Source: Spirulina sp. (lineage in GTDB: Bacteria; Cyanobacteriota; Cyanobacteriia; Phormidesmidales; Phormidesmidaceae). From it: a stretch of 64,000 nt of DNA. The translations under genes and the position numbers were made by a program. Positions within the stretch are counted from its first letter, which is position 1, and each line of letters starts with the position of its first letter. The notes below the pieces were generated by a model. The model made no database searches. It was not told the DNA's origin and saw only the letters and a list, made by a program, of their open reading frames with translations. Shown here one piece after another: positions 1-9,778 of the stretch. The stretch covers positions 32,001 through 96,000 of the forward strand of contig JBIPSI010000003.1 in assembly GCA_044070495.1 (NCBI GenBank). Direction: 5' to 3'.

Positions 1-388
1 TATTGGTGGGTGACAGCACCTCAACGACCGTAACCACCGCATCACTGCTAGTTTCTCGAATTTCTAGGTAGCGTTCCTTGACTTCCAGCGGCATCGGCAG
101 AATCACCGCCTGGGGGCATACCGTGGTGGCTATTCCAGCCCCAGATGGTTCAGGCAAATTTTGGGGAGATAGCCTTGGCGTAGACAGCACGGTCACATCT
201 GGAATGCCGATCAGCAACTCCTCGTCGTCGCTACCCATGTAGGTGCGGGTTTCTACCGCCACATAGTAGGTCGGCAGCAGGCTAGGGGCCAAGGCATCCG
301 CAAGGGCCACAATCAAGCGGCTGTGAAATTCTGACCAAAAGGTGGCCTGTTCTAGGTAAGGATCCATGCCTGGGAAAGGGGATGCCAT
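1..388 (-). CDS. DUF4058 family protein (3' end runs off window start)
   Basis: ATG at 388 reads MASPFPGMDPYLEQATFWSEFHSRLIVALADAL, the characteristic N-terminus of this family; not in ORF track because it is partial. Confidence 0.8.
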   Translation of the reverse strand, partial: MASPFPGMDPYLEQATFWSEFHSRLIVALADALAPSLLPTYYVAVETRTYMGSDDEELLIGIPDVTVLSTPRLSPQNLPEPSGAGIATTVCPQAVILPMPLEVKERYLEIRETSSDAVVTVVEVLSPTN

Positions 389-472
389 GGCTGACTCTGC
401 TATGGGCGCTTCTCCCATGTTAACGGACTCCTCTAATGCCAAATCCGAACCAGAAAACCCCGATTCCTAACC

Positions 473-630
473 TCAGTAGATCACAAACTTGCTCGATTGC
501 GCGGATCTGGCCCTCACCCTAAATCCCTCTCCCAACGTGGGAGAGGGACTTTGAGGGGCGTTCTAGCTCCCCTCGCCCTCCTGGGAGAGGGGCTGGGGGT
601 GAGGGTGAGGGGGACTTTGTGATCTACTGA
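473..630. repeat. Small intergenic element with 15-bp terminal inverted repeats enclosing CCCTCACCC/GGGAGAGGG hairpins
   Basis: TCAGTAGATCACAAA (473-487) and TTTGTGATCTACTGA (616-630) are perfect inverted repeats; internal cyanobacterial-type GC hairpins. Confidence 0.7.
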
Positions 631-685
631 ACCTGGAAAACTCTAGGGGTGAGGTCTCCTCATCCTAGCCGCAGCGCATCGACAT

Positions 686-1390
686 CTACGGTTGCAAGGC
701 CGCATCCCCAGGGGGCGAACAGAGGCCCATGAAGTCGATCAATTGCCGCACTAGTTCGGGTTTGGTGACGGCCAGGATGGTGGAGCCACTTTCGATGATG
801 GAACTGCCGTTGGGGATGCTGAGGTCTTCGTGGGGGTGGGCCTGGTAGCCGATGATGAGTGTGCCCGCCGGAAAACGAGGATCCTGGGCAATGGCGGCGA
901 GGCTGCGGCCCACAATGGAGCAGGCGTTGGGGATAGAGAGCTTTAGTACCTCAATTTGGCCCTGCTCGAAGTGCATCATGGCATCCACCTGGGGGTATTC
1001 GATGGCGTTGATCATGCGGTTGATCGCCAGCTCCACGGTGCTGATGATGTGGGTGGCTCCGGCGAGGCGGTAGGGTTCGGCAAAGTCGCGGTCACTCATC
1101 CGCACAATAATTTGCGGCACCCCGTAGTGTTTGCACAGGGTTACCAAGGCCAAATTCAGGGCATCTTCCTGAAGGGTGGCAATCACCACGCCCGCCTTGC
1201 GAATTCCGGCCTCGATTAGCACCGTGGTATTCACAGCGCTGCCTTCAAAGGCCATGACGCCAATCTTTTCGCGGGCATATTGGCACACCAAGGGATTGCT
1301 ATCCACCACAGCGATGGTGTGCCCCATGGTCAACAGCGTTTTGGCTAACTCGGTGCCCATCCGCCCCATGCCGCCAATCAGTATGTACAT
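686..1390 (-). CDS. trkA: TrkA/KtrA-family potassium uptake regulatory subunit (RCK N and C domains)
   Basis: MYILIGGMGRMG Rossmann motif from ATG 1390; C-terminal TrkA-C domain. The extension to 1624 in the track is translated repeat DNA. Confidence 0.85.
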   Translation of the reverse strand: MYILIGGMGRMGTELAKTLLTMGHTIAVVDSNPLVCQYAREKIGVMAFEGSAVNTTVLIEAGIRKAGVVIATLQEDALNLALVTLCKHYGVPQIIVRMSDRDFAEPYRLAGATHIISTVELAINRMINAIEYPQVDAMMHFEQGQIEVLKLSIPNACSIVGRSLAAIAQDPRFPAGTLIIGYQAHPHEDLSIPNGSSIIESGSTILAVTKPELVRQLIDFMGLCSPPGDAALQP

Positions 1391-1454
1391 TGTTTCCTCT
1401 TGCAACCATGCCCATCCTAGTGGATCGCCAACATCCTCGCTGACGGTGGGATGC

Positions 1455-1683
1455 GCCCTCACCCCCAGCCCCTCTCCCAGGGAGGCTACTAAGTACACAT
1501 CAGTCCTTAACGTAGACGATACAGGGAATCGATCCCCCCTAGCCCCCCTTAAAAAGGGGGGAGCCGGAGTCAAAGTCCCCCTTTTTAAGGGGGATTTAGG
1601 GGGATCTCCAAGGACTTGCGGCATGAAAGCAAGATGTGTGTACTTAGTAGCCCAGCTTGGGAGAGGGATTTAGGGTGAGGGGC
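1455..1683. repeat. Nested cyanobacterial palindromic repeats: an element with 15-bp inverted ends inside a CCCTCACCC...GGGTGAGGG repeat
   Basis: GCTACTAAGTACACA (1485-1499) / TGTGTACTTAGTAGC (1637-1651), internal CCCCCCTTAAAAAGGGGGG hairpins, outer CCCTCACCC-CCTCTCCC / GGGAGAGGG-GGGTGAGGG arms. Confidence 0.7.
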
Positions 1684-1733
1684 AATCAACTCTTAGCGAT
1701 CTACTCAGTCTAGGGCTAGGCAATTGCCTGGGG

Positions 1734-4028
1734 CTACCAATCCTCTATGTTGGGATATTGTTCGGGGGCTTTGCCGTGGCGTTCTAGAATTTCTACCTTG
1801 ATTTTGGGCCTTTTGGGTTGGTTGACCTTGCCTTTGGTGGATTTCCCCTTGGCAGATTTGCCTTTGCTGGCCCTGGTTATGGCCGTTTGAAACCCCTTGG
1901 TGGGTTCCTCTGGGATGGGTTCGATAGCTTCTAGTTCTACCTTGAATTCCCAGCAGTCGCCAAAATCAAACAGGTAGTCCATGGTTGCGCCCACGGCTAG
2001 GGGCAGCTCGCCAATCAGCACTTCGGTGGCAAACAGGTCGGCACTATCCATGTAGGGATGGAAGGCCCGGATGGTGCGACCGAGGGGATTTTTGTAGGTA
2101 AATTCGTAGAGGTGGTCGTCATCAAAATCCACGGAGTCGAGGATGGCACCGCTGAGGGTGGCGAGGGTGGCTTCGGCGGGGATAGCGATGCGCCGCCACA
2201 CCCTACCCAAGGAGACTTTGAAGATATAGCGCCCTGGCTGAAAGGTAGATTTGGGTACCGCAAGGCAGTGCCGCCATTCCGGGAAGTAGGGCTGCAAAAC
2301 GGGCTGAAAATCCCCAATGGGGCGGCGGGAATCGAGCATTCCAGGCCATTCGTAATCCACGGCATCGTAGGCATAGCGCAGCAGGGTCATCAGGGCTTTG
2401 CCAAAGGGTTGGCTCTGAAGGGTCTTGAACCGCCAGCCTTTACCCGGTTCGGGTTTGCCGTGGGTGATGGTAATCAGGCCAAACATCTCCATCAGGGCCA
2501 GGTTGTAGAGGCCGGGGTAGTAGGCAAAATTTTGCTGAGTGGAGTAATCGGGCACCGATAGCTTGGCTTTTGCCGCAATGCGTTGCCAGCCTTGGAGGCA
2601 GCGATCCCCTACCAGCAGCGGCCCAGACCGCTCTTCGCCCAGCATTTCGGGGTGGCTACGCAAAAACCACACCTCCAGCAGCGACAGATATTGTTCGGTG
2701 GGGTTCAGGGCTTGCCAGGAGGCGTAGATGTCTGGGTCGGTCACCAGAAACATCTGCTTGCCCTGGGTGGCGACGGTGGTGAGGCCCGTTGCCCGCAGCA
2801 GCAGATACAGCCCGTGCAGGTTAGGGTACGATTTTTGCTGGGGCTGCTGCATCGCCAGGGTGAGGGGCTGGCTGAGGCGTTGGTTGAGGTCGGGCAGGGC
2901 TTTGCGGACAAACTGCTGGAGTTTGCCGCTAACGGGGATACCTTCGCTGGCGGCGAGGTCTAGTAGGGTCTGGAAATCCTGGAGGATGGTGCCGGGGCTG
3001 GTGGCGGTGATGCTCTGTTCGCGCAAGACCTGCCGATCCGCCTCCGAGAGGGGCGGAGTCTCGGCGAGGTTGTTGTGCATCACCGCTGCTCGTAGCGAGG
3101 CCACGGGATTCTTGCCAGAGGCGAAGAGAGCGTCAATGGGATCGACCTCGTCTAGGTCGTCTAAATCTGCATCGTCTAGTTCTGGGAGGTCGGGGATGCT
3201 GTCCTCCAAACCCTGAATAAACGCCTCGGCTTCCTCCGGATCCATGCGCTCGATTCCGGCCAAAAACTGCTCCATCAGCGCCATCAGGTTAACCGGGGCA
3301 CCCTCCGGGGGCAGTTCAATTCCCAGACGGTCGAAGGCGGCCTGCATATCATCGGGGGGCGTGGTCATGGGGATCACTGGGGGCAGGGGGGGGAGTCCCG
3401 CAGACAGCGTTTTACCCTGGGTGCGCTTGGTCTTCATTCCCTGAGTCTTGCCTCCCTTGGGCTTCGCGCCCTGAGTTTGAGACGCATCGGGTGAGGCCGA
3501 CTTCAGACTAGCCTGCTGACTGGCCTGAAACGCCTGAAGCCCTTCCTGGGTGGTCATATCAAACCCTTTGGCCATGCCCTCCATCATCAGTTGCTTGGCC
3601 ATGCCGCCCCGATGGGGGTCAAACATCCATTCAGGAAACTGATCGGCAATGGATTCCAGATATTTGGCAATTGCCTTAGCACTGCGAAACCGATAGACCT
3701 CATGCAGGTACGTCCAAAAGGCCACCAATTCGGGGATGGCGTCATCGGCTTCGCTGGGGTCAGACAGAACCATCCGACGAGGCAGAAAATCCTCCATCAC
3801 CGATTTAGCTTCGCTTTTGGTCATGGTGGGCAGGGTGTAGCCCCCGTAGCGCAGGGCAAATTCAATGAAGACTTCAATCCAGCCGCCACCTTCGGGATAC
3901 AGCCGAATATGGGCTTTCCCCGCCCTAGAATTAGCGAAACTCTCTAAAGCGCCTTCGATGTAATCGTCAATCAGCGGCTCCGCCTGGGCGTAATCGAGGT
4001 TGTCAAGTTGATGTACCAGAAAATCCAT
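1734..4028 (-). CDS. Protein with C-terminal plasmid pRiA4b ORF-3 (TnpR-like) domain
   Basis: VWRRIAIP..ATL..L...I.....FDDDHLYEF and YLFDFGDCWEF motifs near the C-terminus. Confidence 0.75.
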   Translation of the reverse strand: MDFLVHQLDNLDYAQAEPLIDDYIEGALESFANSRAGKAHIRLYPEGGGWIEVFIEFALRYGGYTLPTMTKSEAKSVMEDFLPRRMVLSDPSEADDAIPELVAFWTYLHEVYRFRSAKAIAKYLESIADQFPEWMFDPHRGGMAKQLMMEGMAKGFDMTTQEGLQAFQASQQASLKSASPDASQTQGAKPKGGKTQGMKTKRTQGKTLSAGLPPLPPVIPMTTPPDDMQAAFDRLGIELPPEGAPVNLMALMEQFLAGIERMDPEEAEAFIQGLEDSIPDLPELDDADLDDLDEVDPIDALFASGKNPVASLRAAVMHNNLAETPPLSEADRQVLREQSITATSPGTILQDFQTLLDLAASEGIPVSGKLQQFVRKALPDLNQRLSQPLTLAMQQPQQKSYPNLHGLYLLLRATGLTTVATQGKQMFLVTDPDIYASWQALNPTEQYLSLLEVWFLRSHPEMLGEERSGPLLVGDRCLQGWQRIAAKAKLSVPDYSTQQNFAYYPGLYNLALMEMFGLITITHGKPEPGKGWRFKTLQSQPFGKALMTLLRYAYDAVDYEWPGMLDSRRPIGDFQPVLQPYFPEWRHCLAVPKSTFQPGRYIFKVSLGRVWRRIAIPAEATLATLSGAILDSVDFDDDHLYEFTYKNPLGRTIRAFHPYMDSADLFATEVLIGELPLAVGATMDYLFDFGDCWEFKVELEAIEPIPEEPTKGFQTAITRASKGKSAKGKSTKGKVNQPKRPKIKVEILERHGKAPEQYPNIEDW

Positions 4029-4269
4029 GCCCCATCCCCCTTTTGAACCTAAGACGCTGGGCCTAGGCTATCGCAAAGCCCCCCAGTCCAGGAATGCCCA
4101 TGACAGAAATGTTTAGGACTCGACGCTAGGTTCTAGTCCGTAGGGCTATCGTTCCTCCTGTGAGCGTGCCGTTCCTAGCCGAGAACCCCTAAGTTCGCTA
4201 AGGTCTGAAGGGGTTAGGCATCCCAAGGCCCTGTTGTCTTCACCTGTTCCCCCTCATTCCAAAATTTCT

Positions 4270-5823
4270 ATGGAGACCACGACAGCTACCGACGTGATTG
4301 TCATTGGCAGCGGCATTGGCGGCCTGTGCTGCGGGGCGTTGCTAGCCCGCTACGGCCTGCGGGTGACGATCTGCGAAAGCCACACCATCCCCGGCGGTGC
4401 CGCCCACGGCTTCGAGCGACAGGGGTTTCGGTTTGATTCTGGCCCATCGCTGTATTCGGGGTTGTCCTCGCGGCCTTCTACCAACCCCCTGCGCCATGTG
4501 CTGGATGCTATTGGCGAAGCGGATAGCATCCCCTGGGCCAACTACGACACCTGGGGCGTGCGCCTGCCCGAAGGCGACTTTGACACCACCGTGGGCAACG
4601 ACCAGTTTTGCCAGGTGTTGCAGCGGTTGCGGGGAGATCAAGCGGTGCAAGAATGGCGACAGCTTCAGCGGGTGATGGCACCTCTCGGACGGGCGGCTAC
4701 GGCTCTGCCTCCGGCGACTCTACGGCTGGATTGGGGCGTGTTGCAAACGGTGTTGCCCTACGGCTGGGAACTGCTGCAAAATGCTCCGGCCCTGGCCCAA
4801 GCCAGCCAGCCCTTCAGCACCGTCCTCAACCGCACCGTGACGGATTCCTTCATTCGCAACTGGATGGATATGCTGTGCTTTTTGCTCTCCGGTCTGCCAG
4901 CGGAGGGCACCAGCACCGCCGAAATTGCCTTTATGTTTGCCGAGTGGTACCGACCAGGAGTGACGCTGGACTACCCCATTGGCGGCAGCGCGGCCCTGGT
5001 GAGTGCGCTGGTGCGGGGGCTGGAAAAATTCGGTGGCACCCTGCGATTGGGTGCCCATGTGGGGGAAATCCTTGTCCAAAACGGACGGGCAACGGGGGTA
5101 AGGCTGCGCTCTGGAGAAACCCTCACAGCCGGAACGGCGGTGGTGTCTAATGCCTCGATTTGGGATACCCTGCCCCTGGTGCCTGCGGGGGCTTTGCCTC
5201 AGTCATTCGTAAATGAACGCAAGGCGATGCCGACCTGTCCTAGTTTCCTACACCTGCACCTAGGCATCGATGCCACGGGGCTGCCGGACGACCTCGCCTG
5301 CCACTACATCACCCTTCAGAATTGGGATCTCGGCATCACCGCCCCCCAGAACTTGATTGTGATGTCTATCCCCACGGTGCTGGATCCGTCCCTCGCCCCA
5401 GCGGGCAAGCACACCATCCACGTCTACACCCCCGCCACCGAGCCCTACGAGCTGTGGCAGGGGTTAGATCGCCGCAGTGCCGATTATGCCGCCCTCAAGG
5501 CAAAACGGGCCGAGCCTCTGTGGCAAGCGCTGGAACGGGTGATCCCCGACGTGCGGCAACGGGTGGAGGTAGAACTGGTGGGCACGCCCCTCACCCACGA
5601 GCGCTTTCTGCGACGGCATCGCGGCAGCTATGGCCCTGCCATTTCGGTGCAGGATGGCCTAGTACCCAGCGGCAAAACGCCCTTACCTGGATTGTGGTGT
5701 ACGGGGGATTGCACCTTCCCCGGCATTGGTCTGCCCGCCGTGGCCGCCAGCGGCTGGATTGTGGCGAACGGCCTGGTTTCTGTGGGGCAGCAGCAGCAGG
5801 TGCTTAAGGTTGCCCTGGGCTAG
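4270..5823 (+). CDS. Phytoene desaturase / carotenoid isomerase-family FAD oxidoreductase
   Basis: DVIVIGSGIGGL FAD-binding motif, GFRFDSGPS, C-terminal GDCTFPGIGLPAVAASG. Confidence 0.85.
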   Translation: METTTATDVIVIGSGIGGLCCGALLARYGLRVTICESHTIPGGAAHGFERQGFRFDSGPSLYSGLSSRPSTNPLRHVLDAIGEADSIPWANYDTWGVRLPEGDFDTTVGNDQFCQVLQRLRGDQAVQEWRQLQRVMAPLGRAATALPPATLRLDWGVLQTVLPYGWELLQNAPALAQASQPFSTVLNRTVTDSFIRNWMDMLCFLLSGLPAEGTSTAEIAFMFAEWYRPGVTLDYPIGGSAALVSALVRGLEKFGGTLRLGAHVGEILVQNGRATGVRLRSGETLTAGTAVVSNASIWDTLPLVPAGALPQSFVNERKAMPTCPSFLHLHLGIDATGLPDDLACHYITLQNWDLGITAPQNLIVMSIPTVLDPSLAPAGKHTIHVYTPATEPYELWQGLDRRSADYAALKAKRAEPLWQALERVIPDVRQRVEVELVGTPLTHERFLRRHRGSYGPAISVQDGLVPSGKTPLPGLWCTGDCTFPGIGLPAVAASGWIVANGLVSVGQQQQVLKVALG

Positions 5824-5942
5824 GGGGTGGGTCTTGGGATGGGGCGATCCCTGGAGTCAATCAACAACCCTGGCCGCGATAGATGGCGTCCACGCGCCCC
5901 TAAAATCTTGGTAATCCCGCTGTTGTTTCCCCATGTGATGCC

Positions 5943-6443
5943 ATGCCCTACACCCTCGCCCAAATTAACCAAATGAACGAGGTAGACTTTGTCCAAGCCA
6001 TCGGCCCCGCCTTTGAAGACACGCCCCAGATTGCCGCCCAGGTGTGGCCCCAGCGGCCCTTTGCCTCGGTCGAAGACCTGCACCAAAAAATGGTGGCCCT
6101 GGTGCGGTGCATGACCGACGGGGAAAAAATCACCCTCATTCAAGCTCACCCCGATTTGGGCACCCGTGTGGCCATGGCCGAGGCTTCCGTGGCCGAGCAA
6201 AGTCAGGCGGGCCTCACCCAGCTTACGGCGGCGGAATATGATCGCTTTCAAGCCCTGAATCAGCGCTATAAAGAGCGGTTTGGCTTTCCCTACATCCTGG
6301 CCGTCGCCGGACACACCAAAGCCTCGATTCTGGACAACTTTACCCAGCGCCTCGACAACGACCCCGCCACCGAGAAGGCCACCGCCCTCAGCCAAATCGA
6401 GACCATCGCAGGGCTGCGGCTAGCCAGTTGGATTGAAGACTAG
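5943..6443 (+). CDS. uraD: OHCU decarboxylase
   Basis: AHPDLG, SVAEQSQAGL and Y..RFGFPYI motifs. Confidence 0.9.
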   Translation: MPYTLAQINQMNEVDFVQAIGPAFEDTPQIAAQVWPQRPFASVEDLHQKMVALVRCMTDGEKITLIQAHPDLGTRVAMAEASVAEQSQAGLTQLTAAEYDRFQALNQRYKERFGFPYILAVAGHTKASILDNFTQRLDNDPATEKATALSQIETIAGLRLASWIED

Positions 6444-6560
6444 GTGCATCGCAGGGCTAGAGCTTCGGTTCAGGATTGGGAGAACCCCGGTTACTTCATC
6501 GGTGTGCCTAGGAAATTTTGCCTTGCCAAGCGTAGAAACCGGGTTGCTGTACCCAGTGTG

Positions 6561-7241
6561 CTATAACCACACCTTACCTGTGGGAGAATTTTGGAGCCAT
6601 GTCCGAAACTCTTGCTGCTCCGACCGTGGTAAGTCCTCTAGGGCTTCCAGGGATCGAGCAGCGAAGGTGGTGTTGCCAAAGAAATTTTTGCCCATCCGAT
6701 AGGTGGCCTCTAGCAGGCGGTGTAGGTGATGCTCTGCCCAAGGCGGCAAGGACGACATCGCCAAGGGATCCACCGTCAGCAGTTGCTTCACCACCTGGGG
6801 ATTGCCCGTTTTGGGAAATTTCCACTGGGTGAACACAGTGCTAATTTCAGTCTCAAACTGGCGAGCTTGCTTTGGCCCCAACAGGTCTTCTACATCCATG
6901 TACAAGACCTGCACCAGCAGCAAGCAAGCCTTGATGTAAGTCGGGTTCGCTGCGGCAACTCCGCCCCCGGCATCCCCGTGGCCGTCGTCGGCATCGAGCT
7001 GATCTAGCCGAATTTTGCCCCAAATGCTAAAGCGATCCGGTTCCTCCAGCAACACGCAGGCCTTACCCCGGTTATCGGTCAAATCTCGCCACAGGGAACG
7101 GGCGTCCTCCTCCTGGGCAGCAGTAAATACGCTCAGCAGCCGAAAGGTCTGACCTTGGTAGGTCAGGATGGGAATTTGCTGATCTTTACTGGGATGTTGC
7201 ATGGTTTTAATGTCAACATCCTGCCGCTTGAGGATAAACAT
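6561..7241 (-). CDS. Conserved cyanobacterial protein (Npun_F0813-like)
   Basis: ATG 7241 gives MFILKRQDV..., with LTYQGQTFRL and WRDLTDNRGKACVLLEE motifs. Confidence 0.7.
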   Translation of the reverse strand: MFILKRQDVDIKTMQHPSKDQQIPILTYQGQTFRLLSVFTAAQEEDARSLWRDLTDNRGKACVLLEEPDRFSIWGKIRLDQLDADDGHGDAGGGVAAANPTYIKACLLLVQVLYMDVEDLLGPKQARQFETEISTVFTQWKFPKTGNPQVVKQLLTVDPLAMSSLPPWAEHHLHRLLEATYRMGKNFFGNTTFAARSLEALEDLPRSEQQEFRTWLQNSPTGKVWL

Positions 7242-7551
7242 ATCGTGGCCTGCTGATGTCTGGCGGAACAGAAAGACCTTGCAGTAGGCGGCGGTAGATT
7301 GCAGCACAAAGCCCGGAAAGCTTTGGAACCGCCAAGGGCCCACCCTGAATACTGCCCTAGGGCTGTTGAAGAAGGTCGTATAGATAGGGATGACCTATTG
7401 TAGCGGCCTCCAGCTAGATAGCATCATTCCCTGTGGCCTCAGTACCTCTGGGTCTATAGTTAGGCTACCCCAACCGATAGATAAGCCTACAATTTTGACG
7501 GATCCTGGGGGTCCTCGTTTAAGATAAATGAGCACTCCTCCTTGATCTTAA

Positions 7552-7624
<73 letters not shown>

Positions 7625-7629
7625 TACCT

Positions 7630-7656
7630 CAAAGCCCTTGCATTGCAAGGGCTTTG
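7630..7656. terminator. Perfect 13-bp inverted repeat just after the tRNA (terminator or protein-binding site)
   Basis: CAAAGCCCTTGCA-T-TGCAAGGGCTTTG. Confidence 0.55.
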
Positions 7657-7777
7657 CTGTTTAAGGGTAGATTTTTGGCCCTTGCAAACTCCCCTCTGTT
7701 CCCCGTATGATCCCCAGTAAATCACACTAAATCACACTAGAAATGGGGGCAGAATGGGGAACGGTGGGGACGCCTTA

Positions 7778-8878
7778 ATGGAGTCCGTAGCGGCAGCAAA
7801 CGAGCGATTACGGGCAGCAGGAGTGCCTGTCCGCCTTAGGGTTCATCGAAAATCGCTCTACCTACGGTGTAGTAAACTGCCCCCCAAGCCGGGGCATCAG
7901 CCAGGGCATCGCTACGAATTGTCTCAGGGGCCGCTCTGTGAACCCGCGATTCGTCGTGCGGAGGCGCAGGCCTACGCGATTCGGACGGCCCTGGTCGAAC
8001 GGCGTTTTTCCTGGGAAGAGTTTGACCCCAACCATAAGGCTCCGAGTAACAGCGTGGCGGACTGGGTAGAGAAGCTGAAGGAGCAGCACCTTTCCACGGG
8101 GCAATGCTCATCCCAGACCTGGGCTAAGCACTGGGAGGGAGCTGTTTTCTCAAAGCTGCCCCAGGACACCACGCTTACAGCATCGGTAATCCTCGCGGCT
8201 GTCCTAGAGACAAAGGAGAATACTCGCAGCCGTAGGCGAACTTGTCAGGCTTTGAGCCGATTAGCTGAAATAGCAGGGATTGAGATAGACCTACGCCCCT
8301 ACCAGGGCCGCTATGGGCTCAATAAGGTTGGACGGCGTGACCTACCGACCGACCAACAGATCGAAGATTGGTACACCGCGATTGGATCCGCACCGTGGCG
8401 GATTATTTTTGCTCGCCTAGTCGTCTTTGGGCTACGGCCCAGTGAGGCTTTTCAGTTTGAACTGATCGATCCCTATACGGCGCGTGTGGTGGATGCCAAA
8501 GCAGGGGTTATCAGGGAGACGAAAGCCTTTCATCCGCACTGGGCGGATCGTTGGCCTCTGGTGGGCGACGTTCCCAAGGTAACGTGGCGAGAGGCGTATA
8601 AAGCTAAAGACTTAACCGAGCGAATCAGGACTGGGCTTAAGCGGTGGGGTGTGACCTGCCAGCGTTATGACCTGCGCCATGCCTGGTGTGTTCGGGTGAG
8701 CGTAGAGTATAAGATTCCGACTTCATTAGCGGCAAGATGGGCTGGGCACTCGGAGGCCGTCCATAATGCGACCTACCTTCAGTGGATTAGAGCAGACCAG
8801 GCCGAGGCCGTTTATCGGGATATGGCCTTGGGCTATGCCGCCAAGCAACAACCTGATCCACTCCATACGTCACAGTGA
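7778..8878 (+). CDS. int: Tyrosine recombinase / phage integrase
   Basis: GLRPSE (R), YDLRHAW (HxxW variant), AGHS..VH...Y catalytic motifs; located immediately after the tRNA; start 7778 or 7754. Confidence 0.9.
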   Translation: MESVAAANERLRAAGVPVRLRVHRKSLYLRCSKLPPKPGHQPGHRYELSQGPLCEPAIRRAEAQAYAIRTALVERRFSWEEFDPNHKAPSNSVADWVEKLKEQHLSTGQCSSQTWAKHWEGAVFSKLPQDTTLTASVILAAVLETKENTRSRRRTCQALSRLAEIAGIEIDLRPYQGRYGLNKVGRRDLPTDQQIEDWYTAIGSAPWRIIFARLVVFGLRPSEAFQFELIDPYTARVVDAKAGVIRETKAFHPHWADRWPLVGDVPKVTWREAYKAKDLTERIRTGLKRWGVTCQRYDLRHAWCVRVSVEYKIPTSLAARWAGHSEAVHNATYLQWIRADQAEAVYRDMALGYAAKQQPDPLHTSQ

Positions 8879-9250
8879 TTACAGAGCAGCCATCTGGCGG
8901 CTTCGATTCTTACTTTCCGAGAATGATCGCTTGGCGTCACTGCTGAGGTTGCCCCACCAGTCCCACAGTTCCTTACAGCGACCAACATGGTACTCGTAGC
9001 GGGGAGTCGTCTTGCTTCCAACATTGCGAATGGCTCCCTCCTGTTCAGTGAACAGGCCGTTATTCCGCCATACCTCTGGCCATCGCGGGGATTGCTTCAT
9101 CAGCCGAGCGAGTTCCCGACCCTTGACCCAACGAGTCACCATCAACTGCTGGCGCAGAGCGGCCAGCTCTGCCCTTAACTCAGCAGACTCTAGTTGGATT
9201 GCATCCAGCTTATTCATGATTTGCTGAATGTCGCTAACCATGCTAACCAT
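8879..9250 (-). CDS. Putative excisionase-like DNA-binding protein
   Basis: Small, convergent with the integrase; coiled coil then a WVKGRELARLM..SPRW winged-HTH-like segment. Confidence 0.5.
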   Translation of the reverse strand: MVSMVSDIQQIMNKLDAIQLESAELRAELAALRQQLMVTRWVKGRELARLMKQSPRWPEVWRNNGLFTEQEGAIRNVGSKTTPRYEYHVGRCKELWDWWGNLSSDAKRSFSESKNRSRQMAAL

Positions 9251-9361
9251 GACTACTGTTTCTTATTGTTGATAACTGTAAGTATCCCGCAATACGTAGC
9301 GCGGGTCAATCACCTGCGAATCTTGCCCAATCTCAGTGGGGGCGAGGGAAGTGAAAAAAAT

Positions 9362-9391
9362 ACTGCCCACGATTCCTTGACCGTGGGCAGT
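9362..9391 (-). terminator. Probable terminator of the first leftward array
   Basis: ACTGCCCACG...CGTGGGCAGT hairpin with an A-run on its left (U-tract on the minus strand). Confidence 0.55.
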
Positions 9392-9454
9392 GGAGCGCTC
9401 TTGGCTCTGGGGTTGATGGGAGCGAAACCTTCTGCTGGTTTACGGTGTGGGTCG

Positions 9455-9706
9455 CTAGCCATCAATCTGAAGCGGCACTAGTAGGAAGTGATCGCTGATG
9501 TGACAGTCCTGTATGGCGACTTCAATGAGGTTTGGCCCCATGTTTAGCCGCTCAATCATGTCATCGACTTCATCGTCGGTGCAGAGTGGTGACGTTCCAT
9601 CGTTGGTCGCAATAGCAGTCAGTTCTGGAATTTGCCCCCGTGGCCCACCCATCTCTTGCCATAGCCGCAAGGCGGCAATCATCGTATGGACATCAGCATC
9701 GTTCAT
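9455..9706 (-). CDS. Hypothetical phage protein (array gene)
   Basis: ORF preceded by repeat R1 and GAGGTG RBS; N-terminus TMIAALRLWQ resembles the TIRAALQLYH segment of the upstream gene. Confidence 0.65.
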   Translation of the reverse strand: MNDADVHTMIAALRLWQEMGGPRGQIPELTAIATNDGTSPLCTDDEVDDMIERLNMGPNLIEVAIQDCHISDHFLLVPLQIDG

Positions 9707-9778
9707 TTCAACACCTCTTACAAACTGAACTTGAACCAGACTAAGGGCGGGTTCAACTCCCGCCCTACTTCTAGGCCA
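9707..9778 (-). repeat. Intergenic repeat R1 (divergent copy, loop inverted)
   Basis: GGGCGGG-TTCAACT-CCCGCCC on the + strand at 9745-9765, with TGAAC-TTGAACCAG and ACCTCT parts shared with R2-R7. Confidence 0.85.

Noticed and set aside
1391..1624. N-terminal extension of the TrkA ORF
   Set aside because: It translates the palindromic repeat elements; the Rossmann motif begins at ATG 1390
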